Part shown: in pieces, positions 39,622 through 49,785 of the stretch | How the letters are laid out: every line of letters begins with the position of its first letter | How positions within the stretch are numbered: the first letter of the stretch is position 1 | Source: an uncultured Candidatus Saccharibacteria bacterium | Lineage (GTDB): Bacteria > Patescibacteriota > Minisyncoccia > Phycocordibacterales > Phycocordibacteraceae | Direction of reading: 5' to 3' | Assembly: GCA_964507275.1 (NCBI GenBank) | Contig: CAZDPG010000001.1 | Span: forward strand, 468,577-532,576 | Length of the DNA stretch: 64,000 nt | The notes under the pieces: model-generated | What the model was told of the DNA's origin: nothing | The model's database searches: none | What the model saw: the letters and a program-made list of their open reading frames with translations, nothing else | Translations under genes and position numbers: made by a program

Positions 39622-40896
39622 TTAGTACTCGCGGAGGGAAACTTGCGCGTCTATCTTGCGAGCAAGATCAAGTGTGACCTGGACAGCGATGAGGAGCGCA
39701 GTGCCGCCGAGGACGAGCGTCGTGACACCCGTGAGACCCTGAATGATCGACGGAGCAACCGCAAGGAGGCCGAGGAAACACGCGCCAGGGAGCGTGATAC
39801 GGTTCACGACGTTCCCGATGTACTCCTCAGTCTCGCGGCCAGGGCGTACGCCTGGGACGAAGGCTCCTGTCTTCTGGAGGTTCTCAGCGACACGCTTCGG
39901 TTCGAAAGTGACGGCCGTGTAGAAGTACGTGAAGAGCACGACGAGCGCGAAGTAGACAGCTCCGTACTTCCAAGGATTAGAGAGGAAAGCCGTGTACCAG
40001 AGCGCCGCCGAAGAGGCGAAGGATACATGGATTGCATTCAACATCGAAAGCGCCATCTGCGGCACAAGAAGAAGCGAGAGTGCGAAAATGATAGGAATCA
40101 CGCCTGCCTGAAGGAGGCGAATCGGGAGGTACGTCGCCGCACCCTGCGCGAGCGCCGCGCCGCGCATCGCCCGAGCATAGGCAATCGGGATAGAACGCTC
40201 AGCATCAGAAACAACAACCACCGCATAGACCAGTGCCGCGGCGAGGAACGTAAATGCCAAGTACGAAGGGATATTCGCGGCAGTCGCGGCAAAGATAGTC
40301 TGCGCGATGCTTGCCGGGACGCTCGCAAGGATGCCCGAGAGAATAATAAGTGAGACGCCGTTGCCGATGCCGAACTCGGTCACGAGCTCGCCAATCCACA
40401 TAAGAAGGAGTGATCCGGCGGCGATAAGCGCGATATTCGCGATGAGTGCGACCGTATCGAGCTGCCCTATGACATTCTGACCCTGGAGAAGGAAGAGGAA
40501 TCCAACGGCCTGCAATACTGCAATCGGGATTGTCAGGAGACGGCTCCACTCGATGAATTTCGCGCGGCCGGCCTCCCCTTCCTCAAAATATGCGGTCTTC
40601 ACCTGTGGGAAGATGATGGTCGCGAGCTGCATGATGATCGATGCAGTGATGTATGGACCGACGCCGAGCATTACGATAGAGAGCTGAGCGAGACCGCCGC
40701 CCGAGAAGATATTCAAAAGACCGAAGAACTGGTTGCTCGCGAAGAAAGATGCGAGCGCAGCTTTGTCGACGCCCGGGATAGGCACGGCAGCGAGGAAGCG
40801 GAAAAGCGCGAGTGCGCCGATGACGAACAAGATGCGAGCGCGGATTTCTGAATCGCCAAAAGCGAGTTTGACCTTGCGAAAGAAGGAGTTAATCAT
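39622..40896 (-). CDS. secY: Preprotein translocase SecY
   Basis: 424 aa, 10 TM helices, conserved SecY plug and hinge regions. Confidence 0.95.
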   Translation of the reverse strand: MINSFFRKVKLAFGDSEIRARILFVIGALALFRFLAAVPIPGVDKAALASFFASNQFFGLLNIFSGGGLAQLSIVMLGVGPYITASIIMQLATIIFPQVKTAYFEEGEAGRAKFIEWSRLLTIPIAVLQAVGFLFLLQGQNVIGQLDTVALIANIALIAAGSLLLMWIGELVTEFGIGNGVSLIILSGILASVPASIAQTIFAATAANIPSYLAFTFLAAALVYAVVVVSDAERSIPIAYARAMRGAALAQGAATYLPIRLLQAGVIPIIFALSLLLVPQMALSMLNAIHVSFASSAALWYTAFLSNPWKYGAVYFALVVLFTYFYTAVTFEPKRVAENLQKTGAFVPGVRPGRETEEYIGNVVNRITLPGACFLGLLAVAPSIIQGLTGVTTLVLGGTALLIAVQVTLDLARKIDAQVSLREY

Positions 40897-41341
40897 GGCT
40901 GGTCCCGCCGACCGCGAGAAGCGCCGTACGCGCTGCGGTAGACAAGGTGCAGTTCCTGATGACGAGAGCTTTCGTGAGGGTGCCAGTGCCGAGAATCTTC
41001 ACGACCGGCGCGCGACCCTTTGCGCGTCGCACGAGTCCTCGCGCCACGAGTGATGCTGGCGAAACGGTCTCTCCTGCCTTGTAGGCTGCCTCGAGCGCTG
41101 TGAGGTTCACCGCTGAATCAGCGATGCGATTAGTTCGTACGGTGCGTGCGCGATTCTTGCCGTGTCCGCGGCGCTTCGGAAGCTTCTTGATGAGATCACG
41201 AACTTCCGGACGAATCTTGTGTCCCGCGCGTGCAGTCTGTCCTTTGCCGCCACGACCAGACGTCTTGCCGCGCTTGCCGCCACGACCGACCGGTTCTGGC
41301 TTGTTTACTTTCGTGCGAGGAGAAATGGTGTTCAGTTGCAT
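40889..41341 (-). CDS. rplO: 50S ribosomal protein L15
   Basis: Gly/Arg-rich N-terminus GRGGKRGKTSGRGGKGQ. Confidence 0.9.
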   Translation of the reverse strand: MQLNTISPRTKVNKPEPVGRGGKRGKTSGRGGKGQTARAGHKIRPEVRDLIKKLPKRRGHGKNRARTVRTNRIADSAVNLTALEAAYKAGETVSPASLVARGLVRRAKGRAPVVKILGTGTLTKALVIRNCTLSTAARTALLAVGGTSHD

Positions 41342-41351
41342 ACGTAAATGA

Positions 41352-41984
41352 TTACTTCGCGCGGAGCTTCTTCAATGCTGCGACCGTAGCGCGTGCGATA
41401 GTGAGCTTGTTCTTCGAGCGAGAGTGGATCTTCGTGACGACATCGGTCACGCCAGCGAGATCGAGGACGGTGCGCATCGCCGAGCCAGCAACGAGACCGC
41501 GACCGCGTGACGGGATGATCTCGACGGTCGAAGACGCATACTTCGTCGATACTTCATGCGGAATCGAGCCAGATGCTGTACGAGGAATCGTAAAGAGATG
41601 CTTCTTCGCATCACGCGTCGCCTTATCAATAGCGAGCGCCGTATCGATACCCTTACCGAGACCGACGCCAACGCGACCCTTGCGATCACCAATGACGACA
41701 ACGAGGCTGAAGTTGAAGCGGCGACCACCTGCCATAACACGAGCGACACGGCGTGCATCGATTGTAACCTGATCGAACTCGCCACGCTCACGTGGTGGAC
41801 GCGCGCCTCGACTCCCGCCGCGGGATGCATGCGGGGAACGTCCGCGAATCGGTCCGCGTGCACCCGGGCGTGCCGCCGGAGCGACGACTCCTTCTACGGC
41901 CTCTGCGACAACAGGCGTAGCTGGCGTCTCAGCAACGCTTTCCACGGCTTCCTGAATTACTTCCTGTTCTGGTGTCATAGTCAT
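41352..41984 (-). CDS. rpsE: 30S ribosomal protein S5 (with Arg/Gly-rich N-terminal extension)
   Basis: FNFSLVVVIGDRKGRVGVGLGKG is the S5 dsRBD motif. Start at MTMTPEQ. Confidence 0.9.
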   Translation of the reverse strand: MTMTPEQEVIQEAVESVAETPATPVVAEAVEGVVAPAARPGARGPIRGRSPHASRGGSRGARPPRERGEFDQVTIDARRVARVMAGGRRFNFSLVVVIGDRKGRVGVGLGKGIDTALAIDKATRDAKKHLFTIPRTASGSIPHEVSTKYASSTVEIIPSRGRGLVAGSAMRTVLDLAGVTDVVTKIHSRSKNKLTIARATVAALKKLRAK

Positions 41985-41988
41985 GATA

Positions 41989-42339
41989 TTAAAATGTGAG
42001 ACCTCCTTCGCGAGCTGCGTCCGCAAGCGTCTTCACCTGGCCGCCGTAGCGGTAGCCAGCTCGGTCGAAGACAATCGCACCGATGCCGAGTGCCTTTGCC
42101 TTCGCTGCGATTGCGGAGCCGACTTCCTTCGCCTGCACCGACTGCGGGCCCTTGAATTCGCGACCGTGCGCTGCGGCAAGCGTCTTCCCTGCTGCATCGT
42201 CGATGAGCTGTGCTGAGACGAAGCGATTGCTGCGGTACACCGCCAAGCGCGGTCGCTCTGCAGTACCTTTGATCGTAGCTCGCACGCGCGCGTGGCGGCG
42301 CTTGCGGAGTACACTTTTCGTTGCGGGTGCGTGTTGCAT
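41989..42339 (-). CDS. rplR: 50S ribosomal protein L18
   Basis: RLAVYRSNRFVSAQLIDD is the L18 signature. Confidence 0.9.
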   Translation of the reverse strand: MQHAPATKSVLRKRRHARVRATIKGTAERPRLAVYRSNRFVSAQLIDDAAGKTLAAAHGREFKGPQSVQAKEVGSAIAAKAKALGIGAIVFDRAGYRYGGQVKTLADAAREGGLTF

Positions 42340-42345
42340 AAATGA

Positions 42346-42876
42346 TTAGACTGCTTTCTTACCCTGCTTGCGGCGGATAACTTCCCCATCGTAGCGGATA
42401 CCCTTGCCGAGATACGGCTCAGGCGGCTTCACGCGGCGGATGTTCGCGGCGAACTGACCGACTGACTCCTTGTTGATGCTCTCAAGCTTGATGGCGTTCT
42501 TCTCGACCGTTGCGGTGACATCTTCCGGAATTGCGAGTGGCACCGTGTGCGAGAAACCGACTGTGAGCACGAGATCCTTGCCCTTGAGTTCAACGCGATA
42601 ACCGACTCCTTCGAGGATGAGCTTCTTCATGAACGGCGTCTCAACACCCTGGACCATATTCTTCACATGGGAAGCGAATGTGCCCGTGAGCGCCTTGGCG
42701 AGGCGGGAACGGTCCTTCGGCGACACTGTCACCTTCCCATCTGCGACGGCGATATCGATCGTCGGATGCACGCGCTTGGTGAGCGTACCCTTCGGACCCT
42801 TAACGGTCAGGACTCCACCGGCGACCGAGACATCGGTCTTTCCTATTACTGTTGGTTTTTTTGCGAGGCGGCTCAT
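42346..42876 (-). CDS. rplF: 50S ribosomal protein L6
   Basis: MSRLAKKPTVIGKTDVSVAGGVLTVKGPKG. Start trimmed to avoid overlap with rpsH. Confidence 0.9.
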   Translation of the reverse strand: MSRLAKKPTVIGKTDVSVAGGVLTVKGPKGTLTKRVHPTIDIAVADGKVTVSPKDRSRLAKALTGTFASHVKNMVQGVETPFMKKLILEGVGYRVELKGKDLVLTVGFSHTVPLAIPEDVTATVEKNAIKLESINKESVGQFAANIRRVKPPEPYLGKGIRYDGEVIRRKQGKKAV

Positions 42877-42880
42877 AGTA

Positions 42881-43285
42881 TTACCAGATCTCAAAGAGAT
42901 TCTCTCCACCTGTGTTGGTCTTGCGCGCCTCAGTATCAGTGATGACACCTGCTGACGAGGAGAGGATGCGTGCACCCGTACCACCCTTCACGCGATGCGC
43001 TTCCGCAGACGGAACATACAGCCGACGACCCGGCTTACTGATACGCTTTACGCCACGAAGCTTCGCCTGTCCGCGTTCGTCAAAGGCGAGTGTTACCAGA
43101 ATATCCTTCTTTACGTCACTCTCCCCCTTTGTCTTCACTTCTACTGAAGCGATGAACCCAAGCTCTTTGAGTTTCTTCGCAATTGCGAGGACGTGCGAAG
43201 AGTGCGGGACAGACACCAACGGCTTGCCGATCTTAGCGGCATTCTGGAGACGGATTATGAAATCGCCGATGCGGTCAGTTACCAT
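42881..43285 (-). CDS. rpsH: 30S ribosomal protein S8
   Basis: [16 protein letters not shown] is the S8 N-terminus. Confidence 0.93.
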   Translation of the reverse strand: MVTDRIGDFIIRLQNAAKIGKPLVSVPHSSHVLAIAKKLKELGFIASVEVKTKGESDVKKDILVTLAFDERGQAKLRGVKRISKPGRRLYVPSAEAHRVKGGTGARILSSSAGVITDTEARKTNTGGENLFEIW

Positions 43286-43548
43286 GATGCTTTCTTTACG
43301 CCTGGTATCTTCCCTTCAAGCGCGAGCTCGCGGAACTGAATGCGTGAGAGACCGAACGCGCGCATATAGCCGCGGGAGCGGCCCGTGATCGCACAGCGGT
43401 TCTTCAACCGCACTGGCGAGGAGTTCTTCGGAAGCTTCTGGAGTCCCGCAGAATCACCCGCAGCTTTGAGGGCTGCGCGCTTAACTGCATATTTCGCGAC
43501 GAGTTTCGTCTTTTTGACGAGCCGAGCGAGTTGGGACTTTTTTGCCAT
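43279..43548 (-). CDS. rpsN: 30S ribosomal protein S14
   Basis: C-terminal [27 protein letters not shown]. 89 aa, non-zinc type. Confidence 0.85.
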   Translation of the reverse strand: MAKKSQLARLVKKTKLVAKYAVKRAALKAAGDSAGLQKLPKNSSPVRLKNRCAITGRSRGYMRAFGLSRIQFRELALEGKIPGVKKASW

Positions 43549-43584
43549 AAAAAATAAAGCTCCGAGGAGCGTATTCAGAGATTA

Positions 43585-44136
43585 TCAGCGTTTTACGCCC
43601 GAGTCAACGATGAGCGGCATTCCGAGGTGGCGGAGGAACGCTTCAGCTTCGGCCTTCGACTTGGCAGAAGTAACAATGGTGACGGCGAGACCGAAGACAT
43701 CCTTCAGGTCCTCATCGCTCGTCTCCGGGAAGATTGTGTTGTCTTTGATACCAATAGTGAAGTTCCCCATGGCATCAATCGCCGACGCCTTCAATCCGCG
43801 GAAGTCGCGCGTACGTGGAAGCGCAATATGAATCATCTTGTCGATGAAGTCATACATGCGCGCGCCGCGGAGCGTCACCTGCATACCGACGATATCGCCC
43901 TCACGCAGCTTGAAGGAAGCGATTGAGAGACGTGCCGGTCGGAGCGCTGGCTTCTGACCCGTAATCTTTGCGAGCCGATCCTGGATGAGCTCGAGCTGCT
44001 TCTTATCACGCTTCTTGCCGACGCCGGAAGATACGATTACCTTCTCGATGCGCGGACCCTGCATCGTGCTGGTATAGCCGAACTGCTCCGCAAGTGCGGC
44101 ATAGGCTGTCTGCTGTTTTTGTTTGGTGATAGACAT
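43585..44136 (-). CDS. rplE: 50S ribosomal protein L5
   Basis: MQGPRIEKVIVSSGVGK is the L5 signature. Confidence 0.92.
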   Translation of the reverse strand: MSITKQKQQTAYAALAEQFGYTSTMQGPRIEKVIVSSGVGKKRDKKQLELIQDRLAKITGQKPALRPARLSIASFKLREGDIVGMQVTLRGARMYDFIDKMIHIALPRTRDFRGLKASAIDAMGNFTIGIKDNTIFPETSDEDLKDVFGLAVTIVTSAKSKAEAEAFLRHLGMPLIVDSGVKR

Positions 44137-44137
44137 A

Positions 44138-44359
44138 TTATTTTCCTTCAACACGCTGCACGTTCGACACGTGAATCGGGCGCGGGCGCTCACTGATGTG
44201 GCCAACCTTCCCTCCGACGCCCTTCACGTGGCGCTTCGCGATTGCGATACCCTCGATAACTACTTTATCGTCCTTCGGCAGAGCGCGCAGAATGACGCCG
44301 GACTTCCCTTTGTCCTTCCCTGCGATGATCTTCACTTTGTCTCCTTTTTTTACGTGCAT
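44138..44359 (-). CDS. rplX: 50S ribosomal protein L24 (short, KOW domain)
   Basis: [21 protein letters not shown]. 73 aa, lacks the usual C-terminal tail. Confidence 0.8.
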   Translation of the reverse strand: MHVKKGDKVKIIAGKDKGKSGVILRALPKDDKVVIEGIAIAKRHVKGVGGKVGHISERPRPIHVSNVQRVEGK

Positions 44360-44369
44360 ACTGAAAATA

Positions 44370-44747
44370 TTAGACGACTTCTGGGGCGAGAGACACGATG
44401 GAGTGCCATCCCATCTCGGAGAGCTCGCGGGGCACCGGACCGAAGATACGGTTCCCTTTCGGACCCATCTCCTTACCCTGCTTCTCGATGAGCACGACCG
44501 CGTTCTCATCGAAGCGCACATACGAACCGTCCTTACGACCGAAAGGCTTCACCTGGCGCACGACAATCGCGCGGAAGATATCCTTCTTCTTCACTGCCTT
44601 ACGCGGCTCCGCGCTCTGGATAGAGACGACGACCGAGTCACCAATCTCCGCATAGCGGCGCTTGCTGCCGCCGAGCACCTTGAAGATGCGCGCGACCTTG
44701 CCGCCGGAATTATCTGCAACTGTGACGATGGATTGAGGCTGCAACAT
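44370..44747 (-). CDS. rplN: 50S ribosomal protein L14
   Basis: [18 protein letters not shown]...[10 protein letters not shown] is near-canonical L14. Confidence 0.95.
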   Translation of the reverse strand: MLQPQSIVTVADNSGGKVARIFKVLGGSKRRYAEIGDSVVVSIQSAEPRKAVKKKDIFRAIVVRQVKPFGRKDGSYVRFDENAVVLIEKQGKEMGPKGNRIFGPVPRELSEMGWHSIVSLAPEVV

Positions 44748-44752
44748 ATATA

Positions 44753-45025
44753 TTATTCGCCGCGTTCTGCGGAAACCGTCTTGGTCGGATCAATCGCGAA
44801 GCTCTTCAGCTTCGAGATCGGGCGCACCGCGACGATCGTAACCGTGTCCCCTACCTGTACGGTGTTCCCCGGATCATGCGCGAGGAACTTCTTCGAGCGC
44901 ACGAAATACTTCTTGTATTTCGCGTTCTTCACGTAGCGATCGACTTTGACCGTAGCCGTGTCCTTCATCGCCGTCTTAACGACAGTACCGACGAATGATT
45001 GGGGGCGGGAGATTTTTTGTTCCAT
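44753..45025 (-). CDS. rpsQ: 30S ribosomal protein S17
   Basis: GTVVKTAMKDTATVKVDRYVKNAKYKKYF is the S17 OB fold. Confidence 0.9.
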   Translation of the reverse strand: MEQKISRPQSFVGTVVKTAMKDTATVKVDRYVKNAKYKKYFVRSKKFLAHDPGNTVQVGDTVTIVAVRPISKLKSFAIDPTKTVSAERGE

Positions 45026-45030
45026 ATGAT

Positions 45031-45231
45031 TTAAATAGCGGTGAACGTACGAGCGTGCTTCTCGGTGAGAACGCGGGCGACCACAGCACGGAACTTCTTC
45101 GGCGCATTGCTGTCCTTGGCGCGGGCGCCAGCCGCAGAGAAGCGGACCGTGCGGAGTTCCGCGCGTGTGTCAGCGAGGAGCTTGGTGAGCTCCTGATCGG
45201 TTTTCTTCGTCATTACTTCTTTTTTTGTCAT
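45031..45231 (-). CDS. rpmC: 50S ribosomal protein L29
   Basis: 66-aa helical protein at the L29 position of the S10 operon. Confidence 0.85.
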   Translation of the reverse strand: MTKKEVMTKKTDQELTKLLADTRAELRTVRFSAAGARAKDSNAPKKFRAVVARVLTEKHARTFTAI

Positions 45232-45250
45232 ATATGGAGAGAAAAAGCAA

Positions 45251-45679
45251 TTATTGGCGCGTGACGATTGCCGTCTTGACTGGCAACTTCATGCCCGCCT
45301 GGCGCAGGTGCGCGCGAGCGATATCTTCCGGTACGCCGTCCATCTCGAAGAGGACGCGCCCAGGGCGCACCTGGAACACATAGTGCTTCGGGTCGCCCTT
45401 GCCGCTACCCATGCCGACCTCAGCAGGCTTCGCCGTCACCGGACGATCAGGGAAGATGCGGATCCAGAGCTTACCAGTCTTCGCCGTTGCGCGCGTAAGC
45501 ACTTTACGTGCCGACTCTATCTGATTGCTCGTCACGCGAGCCGGCGTGAGCGCCTTGAGTCCAAACGAGCCAAACACGACACTGATGCCGCGAGTATCGG
45601 GGCGATTGAGGCGCTTCTCGCTCAAACGCTGCGTCTGCCACTTACGATGTTTTACTTTTTTAGGAAACAACATATTCAA
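45251..45679 (-). CDS. rplP: 50S ribosomal protein L16
   Basis: [13 protein letters not shown]...[13 protein letters not shown] is canonical L16. Confidence 0.95.
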   Translation of the reverse strand: MNMLFPKKVKHRKWQTQRLSEKRLNRPDTRGISVVFGSFGLKALTPARVTSNQIESARKVLTRATAKTGKLWIRIFPDRPVTAKPAEVGMGSGKGDPKHYVFQVRPGRVLFEMDGVPEDIARAHLRQAGMKLPVKTAIVTRQ

Positions 45680-45682
45680 ATA

Positions 45683-46387
45683 TTAGCCGCGAGCCGGAGC
45701 CGCTTCAGGCATGCGAACCGATGCCCGCTTGTCCTGGTACACATTGCCGCGGAAGATCCACACCTTGATGCCGATGACGCCGTACGGAAGGTACGCCTGC
45801 TCGTGAGCGAAGTCGATGTCAGCGCGGAACGTCTGGAGCGGGATGCGACCCTTCTTCAGCTCCTCCTTACGGCTCATTTCTGCACCGCCCAAGCGGCCTG
45901 AAACGGCGATACGCACACCCTCGACCTCGCGGGCGGCTATCACCTTCTCGATCGTCTGCTTGAGCACGCGACGGAACGGCATGCGCTTCTCAAGACCCTC
46001 AGCAACCATATAAGCAACAACAGCAGCGTCGGTCTCAGGCTGGCGAATCTCGACGATGTCGAGCTTGAGCGTGCGGCGATCCAGCGGCGCTACCTTGTGC
46101 ACAACAGCACCGAGTTCAGTGCGTAGTTTCGTCGCGTTCTCGCCAGAGCGACCGATGACGAGCCCTGGGCGTGCCGTCGAAATCATGACGCGCAGCTCAT
46201 TTGCCGAGCGCTCAATCTCAATACCGCTTGTATAGGTACCGCGCAACTTCTTCGTGAGGAAACGGCGAATGGTCTCATCAACCTTGATATTTTCGCGATA
46301 GCTCTTGCTGTCAGCAGCGAACCAACGGCTCTTCCAGTCCCGGATGATGCCGAGGCGGTGTGCGTAAGGATGTACGGTGTGTGTCAT
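45683..46387 (-). CDS. rpsC: 30S ribosomal protein S3
   Basis: HPYAHRLGI...KH domain...GIKVWI is the S3 signature. Confidence 0.95.
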   Translation of the reverse strand: MTHTVHPYAHRLGIIRDWKSRWFAADSKSYRENIKVDETIRRFLTKKLRGTYTSGIEIERSANELRVMISTARPGLVIGRSGENATKLRTELGAVVHKVAPLDRRTLKLDIVEIRQPETDAAVVAYMVAEGLEKRMPFRRVLKQTIEKVIAAREVEGVRIAVSGRLGGAEMSRKEELKKGRIPLQTFRADIDFAHEQAYLPYGVIGIKVWIFRGNVYQDKRASVRMPEAAPARG

Positions 46388-46393
46388 GGAAAA

Positions 46394-46714
46394 TTACGAG
46401 AGCGTTACGATGACGCGACTCTTGCGGCGGCGGATAGGTGCAGCACGGCCGAATGCGCGCGGCATGTACTTCTTCATCATGCCGGCGCTCTCGACGATGA
46501 TGTTCTTAATCGTGAGCTCGTCAGGATTCTGGCCTTGAGACTTCGCGTTCGCAGCGGCACTCTTGATGACCTTTGCGACCGGTTCAGAGGCACGGCGCGG
46601 GAGGAACTCGAGCGCGATGAGCGCGGCAGGGACTTTCTTCCCTTTGACGAGATCAGTCACAAGGCGGACCTTGCGCGGGGACTGGTTATGACTCTTGAGG
46701 GTTGCGTTTGCCAT
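46394..46714 (-). CDS. rplV: 50S ribosomal protein L22
   Basis: SPRKVRLVTDLVKGKKV and C-terminal SRVIVTLS are L22 motifs. Confidence 0.9.
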   Translation of the reverse strand: MANATLKSHNQSPRKVRLVTDLVKGKKVPAALIALEFLPRRASEPVAKVIKSAAANAKSQGQNPDELTIKNIIVESAGMMKKYMPRAFGRAAPIRRRKSRVIVTLS

Positions 46715-46717
46715 ATA

Positions 46718-47071
46718 TTATTTCTTCTTCGCAGGAGACTTTGCTGGCGCAGCCTTTGCAGCCTTCGCAGAAGCTATCTCAGCCTGCTGCTTCTTCTGCT
46801 CGAGCTCCTTCTGCATCTTGCCGCCGTGTCGGATGAACTTCTTGGTCGGAGAGAACTCGCCAAGACGATGTCCGACCATCTCTTCGGAGATGGTGATTTC
46901 GATGTGCGACTTGCCGTTATGCACTCCGAACGAGAACCCGACCATCTCCGGACTTATTTGGCTGCGACGCGCCCATGTCTTTATCACGCCGGCGGTTGCC
47001 GGTTTCTTGTCGAGGATCTTCTTCATGAGCTTAGCGTCCACGAAGGGTCCTTTCTTGAGTGAGCGTGACAT
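46718..47071 (-). CDS. rpsS: 30S ribosomal protein S19 (with Lys/Ala-rich C-terminal tail)
   Basis: [12 protein letters not shown]...[13 protein letters not shown] is the S19 core. About 25-aa KA-rich extension. Confidence 0.9.
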   Translation of the reverse strand: MSRSLKKGPFVDAKLMKKILDKKPATAGVIKTWARRSQISPEMVGFSFGVHNGKSHIEITISEEMVGHRLGEFSPTKKFIRHGGKMQKELEQKKQQAEIASAKAAKAAPAKSPAKKK

Positions 47072-47222
47072 GGAAGTAATGAAAAGCCCGCGCAGCGGGA
47101 TACTGCAAAGATACAGGAAGCCGTCCACGGAGTCAAATGTACCGTTCCGAAACACCCTCATAAATCCTACGCCGTTTCAGAACCTTGACATATACGGAAA
47201 GTAAGTCGTGAGATAAAAACAT

Positions 47223-47245
47223 GACCCGGACACATGTGCCGGGCC
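47223..47245 (-). terminator. Terminator-like hairpin after the dapD-like gene
   Basis: On the minus strand, an imperfect GC hairpin (CCCGGCAC/GTGCCGGG with a bulge) followed by TTTTTAT. A TTGACT-17-TATCTT promoter-like element for rpsS sits immediately downstream. Confidence 0.45.
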
Positions 47246-47269
47246 ATAAAAACCTCAAGAATGGGGACT

Positions 47270-48412
47270 TCAGGAACGCAGAAGACTGTTGAGGGCTGTC
47301 GCCGCGTCCGTCTGCTCGTCTCGGTATTTCACGATGTGCGGACAGATGAGGCCGTTCTCGGGATTGACCCCCATCATGACGACCGCGTACGGGGGGACTT
47401 CGCCGCGAATGACGCGGTTCCCGGCGGTACGATCAACAATCGGCGTATTCTTGCCGATGAAGACGCCCATGGAAAGAACTGCCCCGGTGCGGACAATCAC
47501 CCCCTCGACCACTTCCGAGCGCGCACCGATGAAGCAATTATCTTCGATGATCGTCGGATTGGCCTGCAGAGGCTCGAGCACGCCGCCGATGCCGACACCG
47601 CCCGAGAGGTGGCAGTTCGAGCCGATCTGCGCACAGGAACCGACCGTCGCCCACGTGTCGACCATCGTACCTTCATCGACATACGCGCCGATATTCACGA
47701 AGCTCGGCATCAGCACGACATTCTTGCCGATGAAGCTGCCCCGCCGGACGACCGCGCCAGGGACGACGCGGAAACCCGCCTCGCGGAAGGTCGTTTCTTT
47801 CCAGCGCCTGAACTTGAGCGGCACCTTGTCGAAATACAGAGGACCGTCATCAAATCCCACCACGCCGGTATCGCCCATCACCTTGTTATCGCTCAGCCGA
47901 AAGGACAAAAGCACGGCTTTCTTCAGCGCCTGATTCGTAAACCATCCGTCCCCGAGCTTCATGGCAGTGCGCCATTGACCGCTGTCGAGCATGCTCATTG
48001 CCGTGTCGACGGCGAGGAAGAGGTCCTTCGGCGCATTCTCCGGCGAAAAGCTCGCGCGGTCTTCCCAGGCATCCTCGATAATCTTGAACGGCGAATGGAG
48101 ACGAATGCCGCCGTCGTAGAAGGTCACCCCGGACAAGCCCTGCTTCAGGAAGGCGCGGATGTTCGGATGATTCGTTCCGTCCGGGTCTTTCAGGACCTCT
48201 TCGGCTGCCTCACCGAACAGGGAGAGCACCTGGTCTTCCCTCAGACCATACAGCTTCGCAAAGCCAAGGATCGTGAGCGACCCCATGTTTTCGCCAGAAG
48301 CGTTACGGTGCAGACCAACCGAGAACCCTTGTACGGGGACGTGGTGGACTGACTGGATTGCCTTGATGTTGGCTTCCAACTTCGGATACTTCGCGGGTTG
48401 AGCATGGCTCAT
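47270..48412 (-). CDS. dapD: 2,3,4,5-tetrahydropyridine-2,6-dicarboxylate N-succinyltransferase (DapD), long proteobacterial-like form
   Basis: Hexapeptide beta-helix. Long stretches identical to gammaproteobacterial DapD ([65 protein letters not shown]), plus a ~110-aa N-terminal extension. Located between rplB and rpsS. Confidence 0.85.
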   Translation of the reverse strand: MSHAQPAKYPKLEANIKAIQSVHHVPVQGFSVGLHRNASGENMGSLTILGFAKLYGLREDQVLSLFGEAAEEVLKDPDGTNHPNIRAFLKQGLSGVTFYDGGIRLHSPFKIIEDAWEDRASFSPENAPKDLFLAVDTAMSMLDSGQWRTAMKLGDGWFTNQALKKAVLLSFRLSDNKVMGDTGVVGFDDGPLYFDKVPLKFRRWKETTFREAGFRVVPGAVVRRGSFIGKNVVLMPSFVNIGAYVDEGTMVDTWATVGSCAQIGSNCHLSGGVGIGGVLEPLQANPTIIEDNCFIGARSEVVEGVIVRTGAVLSMGVFIGKNTPIVDRTAGNRVIRGEVPPYAVVMMGVNPENGLICPHIVKYRDEQTDAATALNSLLRS

Positions 48413-48560
48413 GGTTTCTCCTTCAGAGAGTGTGCCGTTTACACGGCGGATTGAGATGTTTTTGTGCTTCTATTCCTCGAGCATATGAACACAGGATGTT
48501 GTAAAAAGCAAAACTCGCGACCATAAGGTCGCGAGTTTTGCTTGAATCGTGAAATGAGTC

Positions 48561-49403
48561 CTAACGCTTCTTGCCGACTTTGCGGCGGGAGACGATGAAG
48601 ACGTTCGAGTACTTCTTCGGGGTGCGAGTCTTCTGTCCCTTGCCGGACGGCTTGCCCCACTTCGTCTTCGCGCGTCGGAGTCCTCGGCCCTGACGACCCT
48701 CGCCGCCGCCGTGCGGATGGTCAACCGGGTTCATCGCGGTACCGCGGACGGTCGGACGGATGCCGAGCCAGCGAGAGCGGCCTGCCTTGCCGATGACGAC
48801 GAGATTGTACTCTTCGTTGCCGACCGCACCGATAGAAGCCCAGGCGAGGTCAGAGACTTTGCGAATCTCGGTCGACGGCAGCTTGATCTGCGCATAGCCA
48901 GCATCGTGCGCGACGACCTCGGCGAAGTTGCCTGCCGAGCGAACGAGGGAAGCGCCGGTTCCCGGAGCAATTTCGATGTTGTACACCGCGGTACCAACCG
49001 GGATCTTGCCGAGCGGAAGGCGATTGCCGGTCGTGAGCGGAGCGTCTTCTGCGACGATGAACGTGCTACCGACTTTCATCTCCTTAGGGAGGATGACGTA
49101 GCGGCGCTCGCCGTCTCGGTAGAGCGCGAGGCCGATGAATGCCGAGCGGAACGGATCGTACTCGACCGTCTCGATGACTGCCGGAATGCCCTTCTTGTTG
49201 TATGAGAAGTCGATCTCGCGCAGGCGACGCTTGTGTCCGCCTCCCTGATGACGCACTGTGATGCGACCGAACGCGTTGCGACCCGCGCGATTCTTGTTCT
49301 TCGAAAGCAGCGGCTTGTACGGCTTATCACCAGAAAGAAGCTCCTTGTACGGCAAGGTGGTCATCTGGCGGCGGCTGTCGGTTGTTGGCTTGTACGTTTT
49401 CAT
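48561..49403 (-). CDS. rplB: 50S ribosomal protein L2
   Basis: Canonical L2 motifs (GGGHKRRLREIDF, VDHPHGGGEGR). Start at MKTYKP. Confidence 0.95.
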   Translation of the reverse strand: MKTYKPTTDSRRQMTTLPYKELLSGDKPYKPLLSKNKNRAGRNAFGRITVRHQGGGHKRRLREIDFSYNKKGIPAVIETVEYDPFRSAFIGLALYRDGERRYVILPKEMKVGSTFIVAEDAPLTTGNRLPLGKIPVGTAVYNIEIAPGTGASLVRSAGNFAEVVAHDAGYAQIKLPSTEIRKVSDLAWASIGAVGNEEYNLVVIGKAGRSRWLGIRPTVRGTAMNPVDHPHGGGEGRQGRGLRRAKTKWGKPSGKGQKTRTPKKYSNVFIVSRRKVGKKR

Positions 49404-49413
49404 ACGGAAATGA

Positions 49414-49779
49414 TTATGCGAACTGGATGCTGTCGCCCGCATTCAGGTAGACATAGGCCTTCGTGCGCGCTGCACGCGTGCCAACACCGCGGCGGGTACG
49501 CATCGCCTTCGTCTTAGCGGGAAGGTTCACGATGCGGACAGCCTTCGGGGCGACATTGTAGATCTCCTTGATAGCACCGGCGATCTCTGACTTGGTCGCG
49601 CGCGGCGAGACCGCGAAGGCGTAGACGCCTTTCTCAGTCGCGATGAGCGCCTTCTCCGAGAACCACGGTGCGCGGATGATGTCGTGCGCAGCACCCTGCC
49701 CCGACTTGATAGCGTGCGCGTGATGCTTCACGACCACACCTTCCTTCTTTACTTTCTTTTTGTCGCCGAAGATTGCCAT
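49414..49779 (-). CDS. rplW: 50S ribosomal protein L23 (N-terminally extended)
   Basis: IIRAPWFSEKA...YAFAVSPRATKSEI is the L23 core. Confidence 0.85.
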   Translation of the reverse strand: MAIFGDKKKVKKEGVVVKHHAHAIKSGQGAAHDIIRAPWFSEKALIATEKGVYAFAVSPRATKSEIAGAIKEIYNVAPKAVRIVNLPAKTKAMRTRRGVGTRAARTKAYVYLNAGDSIQFA

Positions 49780-49785
49780 AATGAT

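Noticed and set aside
47234-48352. 372-aa plus-strand ORF opposite dapD, and 47289-47933 plus-strand ORF
   Set aside because: The minus-strand hexapeptide-repeat protein matches DapD over long identical stretches. The plus-strand ORFs are Arg/Asp-rich antisense artefacts.
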